64,000 nt of DNA from contig OZ123195.1 of NCBI GenBank assembly GCA_964204605.1, forward strand, positions 120,968 through 184,967. Direction: 5' to 3'. Positions 62,301 to 64,000 of the stretch are shown piece after piece. A program made the translations under genes and the position numbers. This DNA comes from Bacteroidota bacterium. Lineage in GTDB: Bacteria; Bacteroidota; Ignavibacteria; Kapaibacteriales; UBA961. Under the pieces are notes generated by a model. That model saw nothing but the letters and a program-made list of their open reading frames with translations. It was not told the origin of the DNA and did not search any database. Position 1 is the stretch's first letter. Every line of letters begins with the position of its first letter.

Positions 62301-62871
62301 CTCTAGATACATCGTTCTTTATCGAATCTATTCGTCTCATCGTATCTTTTCTTCTGGCTTTATATTTAGTAACACCAGCGGCTTCTTCGAATAAATGTCT
62401 TCTCTCATCAGTTCTATCGCTTAAAATCTTTTCAATCATTTTAAGCTCAATAACAGAATAAGCATCAGAGCCCATTCCTGTATCCATAAAAAGATCGATG
62501 ATATCTTTTAATCTACATTGCGTTTTATTAAGAAAATATTGGCTTTCACCATTTCTGAATAATCTGCGAGTAATTGTAACTTCTGTATATTCGGTTGGAA
62601 GTATTTGTCTATTATTTTGAATTGTAAGAGAAACCTCTGCTAAGCCAACAGGTCTTCGAGTTCTGGTACCATTGAAAATCACATTTTCCATAGCATCCGA
62701 TCTTAAAACAGATGTTTTTTGCTCCCCTAAAGCCCATCTAATCGCATCTACTATATTTGTTTTTCCACAACCATTTGGTCCAACAATAGCAGTTAAACCA
62801 TCGGAGAATCGTAATGGAGTTTTTTGGGCAAAAGATTTAAAACCTGTTATGTCAACCGAAGATAAATACAT
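59326..62871 (-). CDS. smc: Chromosome segregation protein SMC
   Basis: Walker A GPNGCGKTN, long coiled coils flanking a hinge, C-terminal signature LSAGEKTLTAIALLFA and Walker B FCILDEVDAPLD. Confidence 0.95.
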   Translation of the reverse strand: MYLSSVDITGFKSFAQKTPLRFSDGLTAIVGPNGCGKTNIVDAIRWALGEQKTSVLRSDAMENVIFNGTRTRRPVGLAEVSLTIQNNRQILPTEYTEVTITRRLFRNGESQYFLNKTQCRLKDIIDLFMDTGMGSDAYSVIELKMIEKILSDRTDERRHLFEEAAGVTKYKARRKDTMRRIDSIKNDVSRVQDILREVQKNVYSLARQADKAKLHADLTKQLSSSQSWLLYSELKRIENILQSKNEEYIPLQEQLNSINIILIEAEKSRISIEHDAESFESEMKEFQDEFQNSSTAFAAMSQQKAVSNERIKAFSDAMFRAADLQKETELLLNQAEITCEQSRQKAQNLSSECSEYKKDIQVLNDTREAAKIYAQELYKQSTAFDSEISQIDSTLSQHRSASDRTSERIAGLERRILETNSEQNQTLVSLDLLQKEISEKELLTDGFIKAVLNAEHIVSEKQFYIESLQSTITTIQQTLGDLQNEKGHHSASIEFLKNLIDTSESSVHLSSSTSWNPKGGKITLAEIIDAEESFTIAIDAALGEAGKYFVVDNQEEALAGCAELHKHNKGKSSFICSSLIPTVKPLQNYPQADGIIGLASEIVQVDEHIRNILRILLAKTIIVENANIAMELAINNKDFSFITLKGEIFSASGIIRGGSTSSSEGKNIGKREQIAKLTKALNSINAHIIKLQQTLETSKIEFNSINIPALHDDVRKAEHEKNSFQQSVAQLMYKKEALEVSLQRQKDALVDFQQHMQNLLQSNTDDKETIEHILQNKDVLMESKQTMLSKYRIAETDLSKAEDLYRAAELIIVQKKAEERVAIHEVNRLIELIKQKNDQLQFLENEQKRAHIELQSLESSIFSVNKEITEEQERLQFLKEVIANCESKSLEFKRIRNEAKEYEAKIRAEQHSIMQFIHSSALSLQQAQIEYKRIVEKAEEHSPGIDLIHIPEDWIPPADFDEIIEREKSKKITQRLQSLGNVNFLALEEYEKEHERFEFLKSQLADLSEAEGSLQDTMTEINRTAQQRFHDTFEQIKVHFKHLFSVLFSGSGEADIHLGEGDPLECSIEISAKPPGKRPQSIELLSAGEKTLTAIALLFAIYLVKPSPFCILDEVDAPLDDANIDRYLQLIRSFSDKTQFLMITHNKKTMEAADTLYGITQEEEGVSKVVSVRFTRQDIAV

Positions 62872-63094
62872 GCTTGGCTATGAAGTGAGGGAATAACTTT
62901 TCGTATATGTTGTTGGACGGCAAATTTACGATTTGTAAACCTAAGTTTTAGCTTTCTTTTCAATGCTTTTTAAAGAAGTTATCCCCATTAATGTTAAAAT
63001 GTGGATAAATAGTAATCTAAATACCTTCGTTTCTAGACTGTATCTAAAAAAATCTATTAAATTCGTGTTGATTTCTTATTACACTTTGGCCAGT

Positions 63095-64000
63095 ATGCTT
63101 TATAAACTACCATTTCATATCGTGAGATTACTCTTGCTTCTTCTGGTGCATCAACATTTGTATGCACAGATATCAGGCAGTAAAGATCCAATTATATTGA
63201 ATCATGCAGATCTTATGGAAGGGAAGGAAACTGCCTCTGGACCTATCCGGGAATTAAAAGGGAATGTTAGTATATCACAAGGCAATGTAATACTATCTTG
63301 TTCCCACGCAATCGAGTATATTCAACAAAATCTTGTTGAATTATCCGGGGATGTAATTCTTAAGCAAGGCTCATTAACATTAAGTACGCCATTTGCATTA
63401 TATGATGGAAATTCACGATTAGCAAAAGGAAGAAGTGGTGTAAAAATAGTAGATAGAGGAAAAATAGTTATTGCGCAAACAGGAGATTATTCTACATCAG
63501 AATATATAGCACGATTTTATGGGAATGTTTCTGTAGAAGATGATACAGCTTTGATTTTTGCTGATACAGTATATTATGAGAGAGATTCAAGAAATAGTAG
63601 TGCATTTGGACATGTTTCTGTGCTTGGCAAAAGGAATTCTGCAATAATTGAAGGTGATACTGCCTATAGTATTAATCAAGCAGGTATTACACGTATTCTA
63701 GGTAAACCTGTCTTATTCTTAATTGATAGTTCAAAAGTAAATTTGGATGAGCCTATTCTACAAAAAAAAGAAGATGAAAAGAAGGTGATTATTCAAATAC
63801 CAAAAAAATTAAAAGGAAAACAAAAATCTGTACCCAAATCAAAAGAAATTGTGAATAAAAAAGAGAGCATATCTATTCAAAAAATGAAGTATGATACTAT
63901 GACTATAGAAGGTGACACCTTAGAAGTATATAGATCTTCCCAGGATATATTTAAAGCTCTAGGGAAAGTTTCAATTGCTAGGTCTGGCTTAGCTGCAATT
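63095..64000 (+). CDS. OstA/LptD-N-terminal-like (LptA-fold) domain protein, 5' part; continues beyond the window end
   Basis: My translation from the ATG at 63095 is open for 302 codons to the window end. It has a signal peptide (LLLLLLVHQHLYAQ) and repeated '...L.GNV.I.QG...L....A.Y' OstA-like beta-jellyroll strands, separated by a Lys-rich linker. Absent from the ORF track because no stop codon is reached. Confidence 0.65.
   Translation, partial: MLYKLPFHIVRLLLLLLVHQHLYAQISGSKDPIILNHADLMEGKETASGPIRELKGNVSISQGNVILSCSHAIEYIQQNLVELSGDVILKQGSLTLSTPFALYDGNSRLAKGRSGVKIVDRGKIVIAQTGDYSTSEYIARFYGNVSVEDDTALIFADTVYYERDSRNSSAFGHVSVLGKRNSAIIEGDTAYSINQAGITRILGKPVLFLIDSSKVNLDEPILQKKEDEKKVIIQIPKKLKGKQKSVPKSKEIVNKKESISIQKMKYDTMTIEGDTLEVYRSSQDIFKALGKVSIARSGLAAI

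Overview
AT-rich, very gene-dense chromosomal window (G+C about one third by eye, not computed). I support about 60 protein genes, one tRNA-Leu(CAA), a CIRCE operator and several hairpin terminators. Content is mostly core housekeeping: guaB, dnaB, miaB, gltX, groES/groEL, eno, smc, dapA, gcvT, trxA, lepB, cdsA, xerD, queF/queD, sufU/sufT. Two large proteins end in type-A T9SS C-terminal sorting domains. Together with lpxH, an OstA/LptD-like protein and a TAnnTTTG-type -7 box, this suggests a diderm of the FCB superphylum (Bacteroidota/Ignavibacteriota-like). That placement is inference. I saw no CRISPR array, transposase, prophage, restriction or recognisable defence genes, and no clear genomic island. 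The best candidates for undescribed biology are modest. (1) An ECF sigma / anti-sigma / lipoprotein / T9SS-adhesin operon whose anti-sigma factor appears to carry a C-terminal outer-membrane beta-barrel. (2) A tight three-gene operon: a catalytically degenerate 3-hydroxyacyl-CoA-dehydrogenase paralog, an MtnX-like HAD phosphatase and a 460-aa unknown protein. (3) A GC-rich triple-hairpin intergenic element next to tRNA-Leu. (4) A sufU-sufT-PaaE-like reductase cluster. (5) A class B PBP with two PASTA domains in an apparent diderm. (6) Six convergent gene pairs with abutting or overlapping stop codons. All functional calls rest on motif recognition in the supplied translations. No database search was run.
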